Below are positions 48,101 through 60,500 of a stretch of 64,000 nucleotides of DNA, piece after piece. The stretch's first letter is position 1; each line of letters starts with the position of its first letter. Origin of the DNA: Lingula anatina (lineage: Eukaryota; Animalia; Brachiopoda); NCBI GenBank assembly GCA_051362555.1, contig CM120645.1, positions 22,568,001-22,632,000 of the forward strand, read 5' to 3'. The notes beneath the pieces were generated by a model. It worked only from the letters and a program-made list of their open reading frames with translations, did not search any database and had not been told where the DNA came from. Made by a program: the position numbers and the translations under genes.

Positions 48101-51100
48101 ATTTAGTATTGTGCATTTATGATTGAAATTGATTTTAAAATGATTGAAGTATTGTGTCATTTGAGAAATAACATTATGCTTGTATCGATTACTATATGGA
48201 GTTATATCCGACATTGATATTCTATTACTGACTCGAGGGGGTCATTATCACGTTACATGTCAGTGATCGCACTCTGCAAATAAGTGAAGAAATTGAAGAC
48301 AGCAAACACACGGCACATACTTAAACTCATCCATTCAATTGGTTTAACAACTGGCAAAAACTTCTTATAGCACATTGTATGAACAAGATGAGCAAAACAA
48401 TTTAACAAGCTTTTTAAATTTGACCATATGATCTTCCTATTTTTCGTCAATTAATTAACACCTTTCACTTTGCATGCCGACCAAACGTGACCGTACAGTT
48501 AGAGTTATGACGTAGGCTACATTGAAATGTAGTTATTTGATTCTTCACCGAAAAGTTATGGAATACAACATTTGGAAAACATCTGGGTCTGTATCTTCAT
48601 ATTAGTCCACTTATTCTAGGAGAATCAACTGACTGTGATGAGACGCCAATGTTCAATATTCAGCAGTGGTCAGGTACTTCCGTACACGCTCACGACACTG
48701 GGGTCGTCGTCGTAAGCATCTTTCAGCATATCTACTTTTGTTACATGTGCTGTTTTTAATACTTTTGTGCCTAAATTTTATTAAATTCTATAAATATATG
48801 GTTTAATTGAAAATCGTAAAGGTAAAAAGCAAAACAAATAATTGTGCTTCTCTTTATTCCATGAATTTGTTTGCCAATTTTGCTGACGTTTATTATTATT
48901 ATTATTTTTCATTTTTATTTATTTATTTATTTTTTGTCGCATCAATATAGAGCACTACTTACACCAAGACAAAAGACGCCAGCGGCTTGTATCTGCTCTG
49001 GAGTGGGACGCTGAGAGCTGCTTACAACTGTGCAGGGTGCTGTGCGTCTTGGACCTTCACAATAGATGGCGCTGAGTGTTCAAACCCTTCCCCCATTGAC
49101 TATGCAGAGTACCACGCAAGCAGAAAAGATTATCACCACCATGTGGAGTGTGAGTTAGTTAATTAGCCGGCTTAAATGTCTGTCCCGCCTACTAAAGGCT
49201 GTAAGGGGGGTTATTAACTTCCGTGCGCGCTCGACTGACAGCAATATAGCATGAACCCCCAGGGAGTTAGGTTGATCCAGATGGATCGATCTAAATCTGT
49301 GGGAATGCAGTCTTAGAGGCACCCGGGCCCCTATCTCGAAAGCATCGGGCATTGCGACCGTGAGCAAGCGTCTCGATTCCATAAGTCGCCCATACTCGTC
49401 CCATATACAAATGTAACACATTGTAGCCTCTATTTGATATAGCTATTCGCAATACGCGATGCTTTCGAGATACGGGGCCCAGGACACCAATCTGAGGAAG
49501 ACCACTGACGTCATAAAGTCTGGTTATTTTCCCCATGAAAGCTCACGTCTCGTGCACATATTGCAGCTGCTAGAAAACTGAAAAAAATTCTACACCTGTC
49601 ATCGATTTTCCTTCTAATGTCATACATGTTAATATTTGTTATCTCTGGTTGATAGAAATCGGTTTGCCTTCTCATTATTTTTGGCTGTAGGCTACTTTTT
49701 ATTAACTTGAATGTCTATATTACATTTGATCGTTTGTCCAAAAAAAAAAAAAACCTTGACTTTGAGATTTGATAAAAAACAGCTAACTTACATAGGCCGA
49801 TGGTTGAACAGAGATTTTACCTTAATTTCTCTTTGTTCCAGTTTTTGGAATCTGTTACGGGATAAGTACGGGGACGAGAACTATTGCCCTAAAATACAAA
49901 GACTGCGATGGAACAGTTCGCGACAGTTACGTGGGTTGGCAGGCCAGGTGGCGTTTTATAATGGCAGAAGTGGCGGAAACCACGGGATCGGGTATACTAA
50001 TGATTTTTCACACGTAAAACACATTTTTAAGATAAATCCATGTTCCTGGTAGGCCACCTTCATCTTATTCTTTGTTATAGTATATGAATGAAAATATTAC
50101 AAATAAAAAACATAAAAGTTGAGTGACTTTGCAAATTTTTAAACGATCAAGCGAAAGCAATTTGCTCTGGACCTGTCTGGAAGAAATAACAATTAAGTAA
50201 TTAATTGATGAAGTTACCCTCATAGGTACATAACCCTCAAAGATAATTTATTAAAAGAACAGGTTTATGCATGTAGCATAATGGTATGAGGAGCAAAAAT
50301 GATTATGTGTCATAGCTATATGTAACACCATCTTCCATGGAGGATTTGCGCAAGAGGAACAGTATGAGATAACTTTCAATTATATTTATCGAATGTTTTT
50401 GTTGAATCTTTCAGCCACATGTGAGTCTCAAACAGCCTTCAATATTCAACAGTTTGCTGCACTTTCCCACACGTACACAACAAATGAAAATATACATTCG
50501 GTAAGTTAGCAAATGTTTTAACGGTCTTTGACCTACGCGACGAAGTCCTATTTTTGTTAAGTGTGTAGTCCGCGGATCATCTGCTCTGAAAACGCCCTTA
50601 GTTCAAAGTTTTTCTATTGCGGTTACTTTCTCGTGCGTTTATCTTATATACATGTACCAACAATCATTATTGCCTGACTATTTTATACCTTTTTAGACGT
50701 CGCATTATGTAAAACGGGCAGCTGACACCGCTTTGCGAGTTCGCTGGAGTGGTAATTTGTACGGGGAAGGCAACCAGAAATGCAGTCGATGGTATTTCAA
50801 ATTTAACGGCGTGGAATGCTCCAACCCTGGGTCCCTAGAGTGGGTGTTCTATGTTAACGGTGGTCACGTGCCTCAGGTGAAACGAGGCTTTGCGTGTAAG
50901 TTAAAGTATTGGGATGTTCCAATACAGAGATCAGAGTCAAGTATGTATTGTGGTTAATTGTGATACTAAACAGATAACGTGACTCTGATGTTTATTTAGC
51001 AGGAAATTTATGTTTTAACACTCGTATTTACGATTTTTGATATATATAAGCTGTGCCCTCAAAAAGTGTAAAATGACGGTCTGTTTGCGCATCCATTGTG

Positions 51101-54100
51101 ATACGGGAGATCTAATTTTTATCTTGCCTTTCACGTTCGGGAAAACTGATTGGCCTTACAGCTAGCAGTGTCAAAAATGAGCACATCTTTCATATCAGAA
51201 ATCATTAATAGGAGTACTAACGCATGAATTTAATTTATTCATTATGTTTAGGTATATTGTACATGTATTATTTGATGTCTATTACCAAGATAGAATATTT
51301 TGGTATAAAACTTTTTAACACGTACCAATATTCTATAAGTATGGAAAAGTAACCTTCAGATTAGTCAGTATCACTTGTGATGATAAACATAATGTCATAA
51401 TGTAATATTTACATATATAAGAAGGCAAATGTTTTAAATCTGTACAATCGATGCTATACATGTTCATGTTTGTGTGAGGTTACAAAACATCAGATAACCA
51501 TGATATCTAACGGCCATGTGTGGATGATTTCAGTTAATGGGATATGTGAAGGTATTGGTTCTGGAGCCATTGTGATAACGCTGCATGTTGGAAACTGTAC
51601 AAGCTCTGGTTACCCGCCCTACGATGCAGAGACAGGTAACGGTCATGTGTTTATTTTTTATAATTAATGAGTACTTAAGTTTAGCTTAGTGAGAGAAATA
51701 ACTGTTTATTATCCTTCAATGAGCAAATTACTTGTACGTGTATCTAAAATACGTTTGAGATATAAGGAATGTTTTCTGAAATAACTTTTTCCTAATTTTC
51801 AATGAATTTATATATTGATGGTATGATTATGCCGAATATACATGGGAGAGAGAGGGGGGATGAGCAGGTTTCACCTTCCCATGGAGTCGGTATGATTACG
51901 TTAGTTACGAAAGAAACCCTCAAATGTGCATAGATTGTCCACATATTAAATGTCTTCAGTGAGTCCATCGTTCGCTCTTGGCGCGCGCACACACACACAG
52001 GTTTTTATACGGAATTTTTATTTCGTAGGGTGGAAAACCACAACTCACCTTATAGTGGAAGAGACTAGACTTGGACAAGATATCAGTGCAGGTTGGAATC
52101 GATAATAAGATAATTTTACTGAATTATTTTATAAGATATCCATCAGTTTTTAGGACTGGTATTTGGTTAGTCCGTATTTTTAATTCAAATAAATTCTGTA
52201 GATTGGTTTTAAATTTAAATCATTCGATCAGCATTTTCCATTTGAAAAGGATATGTGCATTTTTACATATTAGGGCTGTGTGACATATCTTTGTTATCTA
52301 TTGAAGAAACAGATTTGTATTCAACTATACTATCAATTATGGCGGACGAGTATTAACTCTGAATACACAGTTATATATTGATTTTAGAAGATAGACCATG
52401 CTAATGAGTTGTATTTTTTTCAAACCACTTGATATGAAATAAGAATTTTCTTCTGCTTTGTTTCCATGCTCTTTGTTAATCATCATGTTTGTGTTCCAGT
52501 TCTTGCCGCCAATGGGACCACCATCCGCCTGCCGTTCTACAACCGCGTGCAAGGCTATTGGTATGATATATTCAGCGATGCTGATTCAGGCACTATTCAG
52601 GTATGTGAGGCTCGGAGCCTGGTTTCTGGAGATATTTCCTCACAGTTAAATGTTTATTTTTATAATAGGTCAGATGATAACTTAATATACTCTTAAATTT
52701 ACTCTTTCGTCCATAACTATCGATACACGTGAAATGGTGACCCAGCCCCCCTTAAAGGTACATACAAACCGAGCATCGGTGGAGCGTGGATTCCCAGTAA
52801 CACATGTAAACCACTTCTACTGGATTCTTATATGACTCAAATAAATTTGACATGCCAAGGGATTAACTGAATAGATCACTCGATCAGCCATAAAAGACCT
52901 TTAGACTGCTCCTTTCTTTAAATTTTTGGTTGTAAATTAAACCTACTTTCGTGACCTACTTTCCTGCCCCATTGACATACAGCTTAGAATGCCAGCAGAA
53001 AAATCCGTTCAAACATCATTTTCGGGTAAAATTAAACAATGCCTTTTGGTAATTCTCTTAGTTATATTACTTGAAACTATATGCTGGCATTTGGTTGGTT
53101 TTTGTGACAAAAAATTGACTTTATATGCATCTTTAACAGATTTTTAATTTTTAATAGTCAAAAATGTTTAAATTTATATACAACGGAACACTGGAAGCAA
53201 ATATTTCAGAACCGACTTAGCTTCTATTGCTGTCACCTTTTTATAGCTCTTGTAGAAAATACTGGAAAGCAAACCATTGTCTTTAAGGGCTCAATACCAA
53301 TAGAAACTATCGCTGTACGTGGATCGACCCAAGTCTACGGGGATTTTCTTTGAAAACAAATGGTGATTATACGAGTGCATTGGAAACAAAAGGAGGTACG
53401 TCATTCAGTTATGCTGATTGCACTTAGGGAGAGTCCCCGCAGAGGGTCGATCCAAGGACACCGATGGCGTGTCTGTGGGAATCGGGTCGTATTCAAATGA
53501 AAATAAAGGATAACGTGTGATGTATATCTGTGGTCATTGCAGTCAATCACTTACAACAAGAAGTCGAGCACCAGTGGAATCCACGTCATTTGGAGCGTCA
53601 ACGTCCGGATTGCTGGTAACGCGAAATGTGCCAGATGGTCCGTTACATTTAACGGGGCACAGTGCTCTAATCCCGGAAGTATTGAGCACGTGATGTATCT
53701 AAATGACGTCCAGAATGCAGCAGCTTCGTATTGGCATCTTCCTGGTATTGGTAAGAAGATAAAACTGGGTTCCCATGCCTAGATCGATATGACAGGATCG
53801 ATCCATCTCCAAGGGGTTTATCGCTAAATTGCTTTCAGCTTAAACGGCTTAGATGTCTGGCACGCTTACTGGAGCTTCTAAACGATGATTAATTAATCAC
53901 TAGCAGCTTCAGTAGGCGTGACATATATCTAAGCTGCTTACGTTTATTGCAATTTAACGAGAATCCCCTTGACGATAGATCGATCCACAGTTAGTAGGGT
54001 CTGGGAATGCTCCCTAAGTAATAGCAGCATGTTCATGATAGTATGTGCTAGCTGACTAATGTATTATTTATGTACTAGCTGACTAACGCAATATTTAATT

Positions 54101-54781
54101 GCTAGCTGACTAATATGTGCTAGCTGACTAACGTATTATTTATGTGCTAGCTGGCCAACGTATTATTTATATGGTGGTCAATGTTAAAGAGGATGGTGGG
54201 GAGCTACAAGGACAAAAATTATCTTTTTGATCGGCAGTGGGTGAGGGCAACTTAACTGTAAATACCTGTGTTTAGGCTACAGGATAGGCAATTTTCAAAC
54301 TTGGATTTGCCTTGTTTCAATGTCTTCGTTATTTAGATATCAGAAGATGATATGTCAGAATCTAAAGAGAACAGGTGTCCTCCATGAGTCCACCATTTCT
54401 AGTGCATAGTAGGCCTAATTGTTAGTCTGGATTCGATGACATGACAACAATATATTGTACATAGAACCATGCCTACATAAAGTTGGGGCTATTTTATCGT
54501 TATTTTCAACAGCAAAAAATGTTAATCTCCTTCATAGATTTTCTCTAAGCTACTGGGTTTGACATTTCACCGGCTGCAAATTAATATGCATACGCTATTC
54601 ACTGTGGAAGTAATGACGTATTTTACTTCCAGTCGATGGCATTTGTCTTGGAGTCGGGCGCGGTGACGTCACCATTGCTTTGTTAGTCGGAACGTGCCCT
54701 TCACATCATGGGTCCAATGCATTTACCGGTTGGCGGTCTGGGACCTTCCTAATGGTGGAAGAGGTGTTTCTTGGAGTCTAA
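44719..54781 (+). CDS. Secreted PAN/apple + EGF-like + 3x CTHRC1 C-terminal-domain protein, paralogue A (596 aa, no collagen repeat)
   Basis: Exons 44719-45054, 45348-45453, 48620-48711, 48951-49149, 49842-49991, 50415-50500, 50697-50895, 51534-51635, 52029-52091, 52500-52600, 53543-53750, 54633-54781 (1791 nt, open frame). Signal peptide; PAN signature ECIIMCKISPDCISVFYNSQTGICSL; EGF-like CNGSPCLVSGRC. Three repeats match the CTHRC1 C-domain pattern K..S.L...SG.LR...C.RW.F.FNG.ECS.P..IE...GIC.GIG.G...I...VG.C......TGW......EE. Confidence 0.88.
45118..45202. repeat. GA/G-rich microsatellite
   Basis: Purine-only tract; it explains the spurious EREREGG tail of ORF 44719-45207. Confidence 0.9.
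45515..46250 (+). pseudogene. Decayed Gypsy/Ty3 LTR-retrotransposon integrase fragment in intron 2 of paralogue A
   Basis: Frameshifted pieces SDRRQSFVS..IKRHHTSALHPQGNAACE and NSIIAQTLRAYCDTNPTAWPDILPGVMMALRVTP..STKFSPY (DDE integrase C-terminal half), followed by a degenerate GPY/F region (PKGLSSKM..PYYI..HAYR) with stops. Confidence 0.8.
49164..49312 (-). mobile_element. Truncated Harbinger-type MITE (family H1)
   Basis: TAGCCGGCTTAAATGTCTGTCCCGCCTACT...GAACCCCCAGGGAGTTAGG...GGGAATGCAGTC followed by TTA; one end is missing. Confidence 0.72.
49326..49479. mobile_element. MITE with GGCCCC-type TIRs (Harbinger-like)
   Basis: TIRs GGCCCCTATCTCGAAAGCATCG / CGATGCTTTCGAGATACGGGGCC; flanks CCG / CAG (CWG-like 3-bp TSD). 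Confidence 0.7.
53287..53488. mobile_element. Diverged Harbinger-like MITE
   Basis: Inverted arms TGGATCGACCC..CGGGGA / TCCCCG..GGGTCGATCCA, terminal GGGAATCGGGTC, left flank TAA. Confidence 0.5.
53763..54014. mobile_element. Fully palindromic Harbinger-like MITE related to family H1
   Basis: The whole element is an imperfect hairpin centred on TGATTAATTAATCA; it shares GATCGATC, CGCTAAATTGC and AGTAGGCGTGACA with H1; TAA / TAA flanks. Confidence 0.65.
54043..54172. repeat. Degenerate minisatellite of about 28 bp, ATGTGCTAGCTGACTAACGTATTATTT
   Basis: CTAGCTGACTAA core repeated about 5 times. Confidence 0.75.
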
Positions 54782-57540
54782 CAGTGTGCCATAATCTAAG
54801 AAGTGGTACTTCCAGACCTCTGATTTGTCCAATCCGTGGGCACCTGGAAGTGCTTTATTTGCTGTGACATGGAGATGTAAAGAACGCTTGACACACGGTG
54901 TTAAAAGATTTGTAATATAAGCATTCTTTGTGCGTTGATTATTTTCCAAAATTACCTTGGTGTGTTAATTGTTCCCAGCTATAATGTAATTAGTGTATTA
55001 GTAAAAACTAGTGTATTTGGGATAGTAAATGAGGTCCGATGTAACACACCAGGGTCAACAAAATAGCTCTGTTACTTCCAGAACAATTGCGTCGACACAA
55101 TTGCCCTTTCACATCTAGCGCAATGCATGTTGTCAACACAATTGCTTTGTCACGTCTAGCAAAATTGCGTCAACACAGAATGCTCTGTCACATCCAGATT
55201 GCTTTGTAACATCAACAGCTGAGAAATAATTTTAAACTGTTTGCTCTTAAAACAGTTTAATTAATAAATTGTGTACCAGTTACTATAGATTATGTTTGCC
55301 GTGGTACATTATTGTAACATCAGTCATTTAAATTAATTTATCCTAATTAAATCAAAGATTCGCACTATTCACTACATAAAAACTATTTGGACAAAAACAA
55401 TATCAAATAACAATATGGCGTATATATTGTGGTTTTATATAATGCATTTTAAAGTTGTTCAAAATCAGGGATGGTAATCATAATGTTATAACGGAGCATC
55501 GAGGAATTTCTTGTTTGAATGGCACAAACAAAAACCTTTAAAACTATCCAATGGTGTTTATAATTGTATCCACGAGTTTAGCATTAAACTCATATACATG
55601 AACATGCACTTTGTCTATTCTGTATGAGACGGTTGTTGGGTCAGATCAAAGTATACCGAGACAACCGCGCAAAAAAGTTAATTAACGTATGATCGATTAT
55701 TCCATTGCCCTCTTCGCCTGGAAACGAACTTTTTTTACCAGTGTCAGTTCAGAGAAATTTTTGTCTGTAGAAAGTCAGGGACGATAAGTGCTATGTGGTT
55801 CAGTTAAAGTATCCAGCAGTATAACGATTGATAGATCAATCCAACATTGTTTGAACAACATTATCATATCCATGATACCGCAATGGTGCATATTGACAAA
55901 TATGTGCGTCGCGTCTGACGTGTAAACTGACTTTCCGGAGGTAGATTCTGTCGAGAAGATAGCAATTGACAGTGGCATTCTCCATTCTGCATTAAGCCTA
56001 AAGCCAAATTCAATGCTAAGATCAAGACTTTATTTTATTGTGTACAATATCTAGAATGCACACATCCGTCTTCCTCAATGCACGTCAATTCTACCAATAA
56101 AGCAATCTTCGTCTTGTTTTTTGTTTCATTATTTCTGAAAGTTTCGAATTTTAAAAAGTCTTTATTAACTTGAAAAGCATGATCGATGAAGCAATTCAGG
56201 TAGAAACTTAACTTAAAGTTAACTTAAGCTTTCGTGAAATCATTTATTGTCTTTTGAGGATGTCAGTCCACATGCTGTACTAGTATGCATTGATTCTAAG
56301 GTGTAAAAAGCAGAAACTGTTCCCATTCTTGGAAATTGAAGGTTAGAAATCTGCACACGAGACAAATAAAACAAAACATCACCAACACAAAGGAATAGGT
56401 TCTTATTCCAATTTGTGTATTTCTCCTCTTATTGAAGAGAGACGATGTACCGATCCATTTTGGTAGCTTTTGACAAATCCAAAAATAACACCTGAAATTT
56501 GTATTGAGTCCACAACTGTGACTGAAAAGGGATATAATTCAACATTTTTAGAAAATTTATAATGGAAAATTAATACATCTGTGTATGCAGTAATGGAGTG
56601 CATTAAGTAGCTTCAAATGCTTTTGCTACTTTATATCTAAAAACATTAAGGTTAGCTCCAAATTATGCCTGAACTTTGAATTAATTCAATGTTTTCAGAC
56701 AATTTTAGACAAAAGTGTAATGTTTGAACAACTGGAGGCCATTTTGGACTTGTCAAAACGTACCAAAAATGTTTTCAAACAGTAAAGGTTTCTTATAAAC
56801 AAATCGTTAGTGCATGATTGGGCTGAAATACTGGTATTATCCAGGGCCCGGGACGTGAAAAAGGGTGTGCAATTCTATTCAATTTGGCGCCATCTTGGAT
56901 ATTTATTGTTGCCAAGGTTGCCAAAGTGGAACTCTAGCTAAATTTACTTTTAGGCTCCATGGGACTCCGAATGAAAAAAAATTCATAGGAACAAAATTTC
57001 AAGGTTCCCCATATTTCACCTCGACAAATAATTCTGTTAAAATTATGATCTTACAAGTATCTGTGCAAGCGTTACAAGTAACCAAGTGTTACTGGCCCCA
57101 GACATACCTGTTGAAGGGTAAAATTAGCGTGAAGAATTTTCTATTGTCAAGTGCAAGTCGAAACGTGTTTTTTACTCGATATGCGATTATTTAATTTTAA
57201 TCATACCGTGTCATGGTAACTGAACCAATAGGAGAAAAGCTCACTGGTGGATCAATGTACCACACGTCATCGACCGCCGGAAACACTCTAGGCAAAATCA
57301 CGTGTACGCCAGGTTCTATAAAAACAGGTTTTTCACTTTAAGTTTCAAAGGACGAAATTGAATTTTTGCGTATCGTTGGTTTTTCTTTAAGAAAAATATG
57401 CACTAGAAACAAACTGACGGAGCCAACGAAAACGGGTTATAAATATTAACAACGCTGGCTTCCCTCTGGAATATAGATATAATTTTGTGAATCTTTACAA
57501 TTCTTCTCTTTGAACACGTTGTTTATCGTACCATAGAAAG

Positions 57541-60500
57541 ATGACTATCTTACTTGCTTTTGGAATCGCCTTTGTTGCATTACCGCAAGCAGCAGCCGAA
57601 GTTATCAACACGTGCCAAGCTCTGCCGTCTCCGACACACATGGACGTGAAGCAAGCGTCTTCAGACTACGATGTCACTACCGTTCTTGCCACGACGAAAG
57701 CACGCAGCAACATAGAGTGCATCATCCAGTGTAAAATGTCACCAGATTGTATCTCTGTATTCTATAACAGTCATTCCAAAATTTGTTCAATGTTTAATGA
57801 AATAACTTATTCTCCTGCGCTTGGGAATACGGATTCTATCTCAGTAGGATGGGTAACCAATGTTGTTCCAAGGGCTGTAAGTAGGTTTTCTATAATTTCA
57901 TCTCTGTGAGTGTTAGTCAAGAGAGAGAGAGATATGTAAACAAGAATTTAACGCACATGCAAAATGTATGCATTAAACATTTCTATTTAGGCAACAATCA
58001 TTCCTTAATTGGAACCTTAAATAATAGTTATATGAATACATTTTTGACAGACAGACTTTGACCTTGAGGAAACTCTGGCAGTTTGTAATGGCTCCCCGTG
58101 CCTCGTTCCTGGCCGATGTAGAGAAGACTGTGATCTTAACGAACCTTTTTGTCTGGGTGAGTGTTCATTTACTCTTTTATCTATTTCGTTTAGATGGTCA
58201 TATTGCACCTAAATAATAGACGCTTTTATCAACTACAGACTAACATGTGACCAATTTCTTAATAAAACAAATATGCAGTATTGTATGATAGTTTGAAATG
58301 GGGGCAATGGAGTCAGTGTCGAGTTTCGTTTTGCTTTAGTGAAACTAGAAACTAATGTGTTTTTTACAAAACCGATTCTGGCAACCAGAAAGTAACGTCC
58401 TTTGTCAAACTTATGTTGGGAACTACAATCTACTGACACTCAGAATCAAATCCGGCAGCCTAAAGCCAGTGTCATATTTTCAACAACTGGCAATCAGAAA
58501 CTAGCGTCCCCTTTTCTATAATAATTCTGGCAGTAGCGGAAATAGGTCGAGGTCATCGGCAACGCGAATGATATGGCCACAACGATAAATGATATGGCCA
58601 CAAAACGAAACCAGACATTTTAGACTCTAGAAACTTATTGATGTGATGCATTTCAGAGCTTCTGTACTTTAAAAAGTTTCACAGAAAATAGGACTCAGTA
58701 CATATGTGCAATCTTTTGTTATACAAATGTACATCTTGCATAAGGTACTAAATATGTAATCGAAATGAAACTGCAAAAACTTCAAAATCTATCTGCGATA
58801 TATCAAATCTATTAGCAGCATCTGCAGTATAAAAGGATGCCGTTTCACATCTGGGTGTTTGATTTTAGTTCTCAAGAATTACTTTCCAAAATTAGAGCAG
58901 TTAAGCTAAACGACGTGAGGTCAAAAATGCTTTCAGTTGCGAAAGTGATTGTAAATGACTTGGAGTGCATTCATTTATTTGATCATTTGCTCAAAAAATG
59001 TTCGTTCAAAGGCATACTATTTCCACCACCACCGGATATTGGCTTCAGTATATCAATTAACAAACTTCGCAAGCTGGATATGGATCCAACTATTAAAAAT
59101 CTGTTGCACCAAGAAAATCCTTTGAACCTTTCATGCTGTGTGCAACAAAATATTTAAATAGTATTTGATAACTTTGTAATATTCTAGTTTTATGACACTT
59201 ATTCAAAAACTGAGAGATGATTTCAACTTTAACCTTTTATAAATCAAATTATTTTAGGAGAATCAACGGACTGTGATGAGACGCCAATGTTCAATATTCA
59301 GCAGTGGTCAACTACCTCCGAGTACAGCCAAGAATCTGGCGTTCTCATTGTAAGCTAACGTCCCTGAAACTCTTATAGCATATCTTTATCTACGTTAAAA
59401 AACCTGGTGTTCTCGTTGTACATGTACGTTTACAACTGAGTCCATTCCTCTGTAACTCGATCATATCTATGTAATCTGCCTAAAATTATGATATGCTGAC
59501 AATAATTTCCGCAAATATGTTATCATTGTAAGGTCACGCTCCTAGTACTGTTACGGCATATCTATTTTTAATCCATATTTTTAATGCCATACTTATTGAT
59601 TATATTTTACCACTATATTTTTCAATTGACAAACAAGATTGCTTTGTTCAGTTAAAGGTAAACACCAAAACGAACAATTGTGCTTCTGTTTATTCCATGA
59701 TTTTGTCTGCTAACATACAACGTGTTCGCCTTTTATTGTATTTAGAGCATTTCCTACAATAAGATAAAAGACACAAGCGGCTTGTATCTGCTCTGGAGTG
59801 GAGCGCTGAGAGCTGCTTACAACTGTGCAGGATGTTGTACAGCTTTGACCTTCACCATAGATGGCGCTGAGTGTTCAAACCCCTCCCCCATTGACTATGC
59901 AGAGTACCACGCTAACAGAAGAGAGCGCCATCACCATGTGGAATGTGAGCTAATTTTTGTTTTATTGATATCTACTTGGACTTGTTTTTATTTTATTTTA
60001 TTTTATTTTTATTGTTCGCAGTTTAAATGTTTGAAATTGTAATATCAAACTTTAGCAACCCAGTTGATTTTCAATTTTTTTTTATTAGTTTTCGGGATCT
60101 GCTACGGGATAGGCATGGGGACTAGAACTGTTGCCTTAGAATATAAAGACTGCGATGGATCATTTCACGACAATCATGTTGGGTGGCAATCCAGGTCACG
60201 TATTATCATGGCAGAAGTGGCAGAAACCACGGGATCGGGTATACCTGATACATGTTTATGATTTGTACTGATACCTGTAAAATTAGCTTTTTATAGTGAA
60301 ACAGCAGCTTATTGAACTTTAATCTCCAGTGATAAGTAATGGCAAATATCTTGATATATTTATCTTGTTTATATGGGGGCAATTCTTTTGACACGATACT
60401 GTGAAGTCATTTTCGAAGATATTTAAACATTATGATAGATTTATAAAGTAAAATTCTCGTTGTCTACCCGCGTGAATATATTTCTTCATACAAATAACAC

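Noticed and set aside
56730-57030. GCCATTTTGGA / GGCGCCATCTTGGA-rich stretch resembling a DNA transposon end (similar hints at 42460-42620 and 46640-46940)
   Set aside because: No matching second terminus or TSD could be established by eye.
58837-59157. 106-aa ORF in intron 2 of paralogue B
   Set aside because: No recognisable domain, and the homologous patch in paralogue A has a frame-breaking indel.
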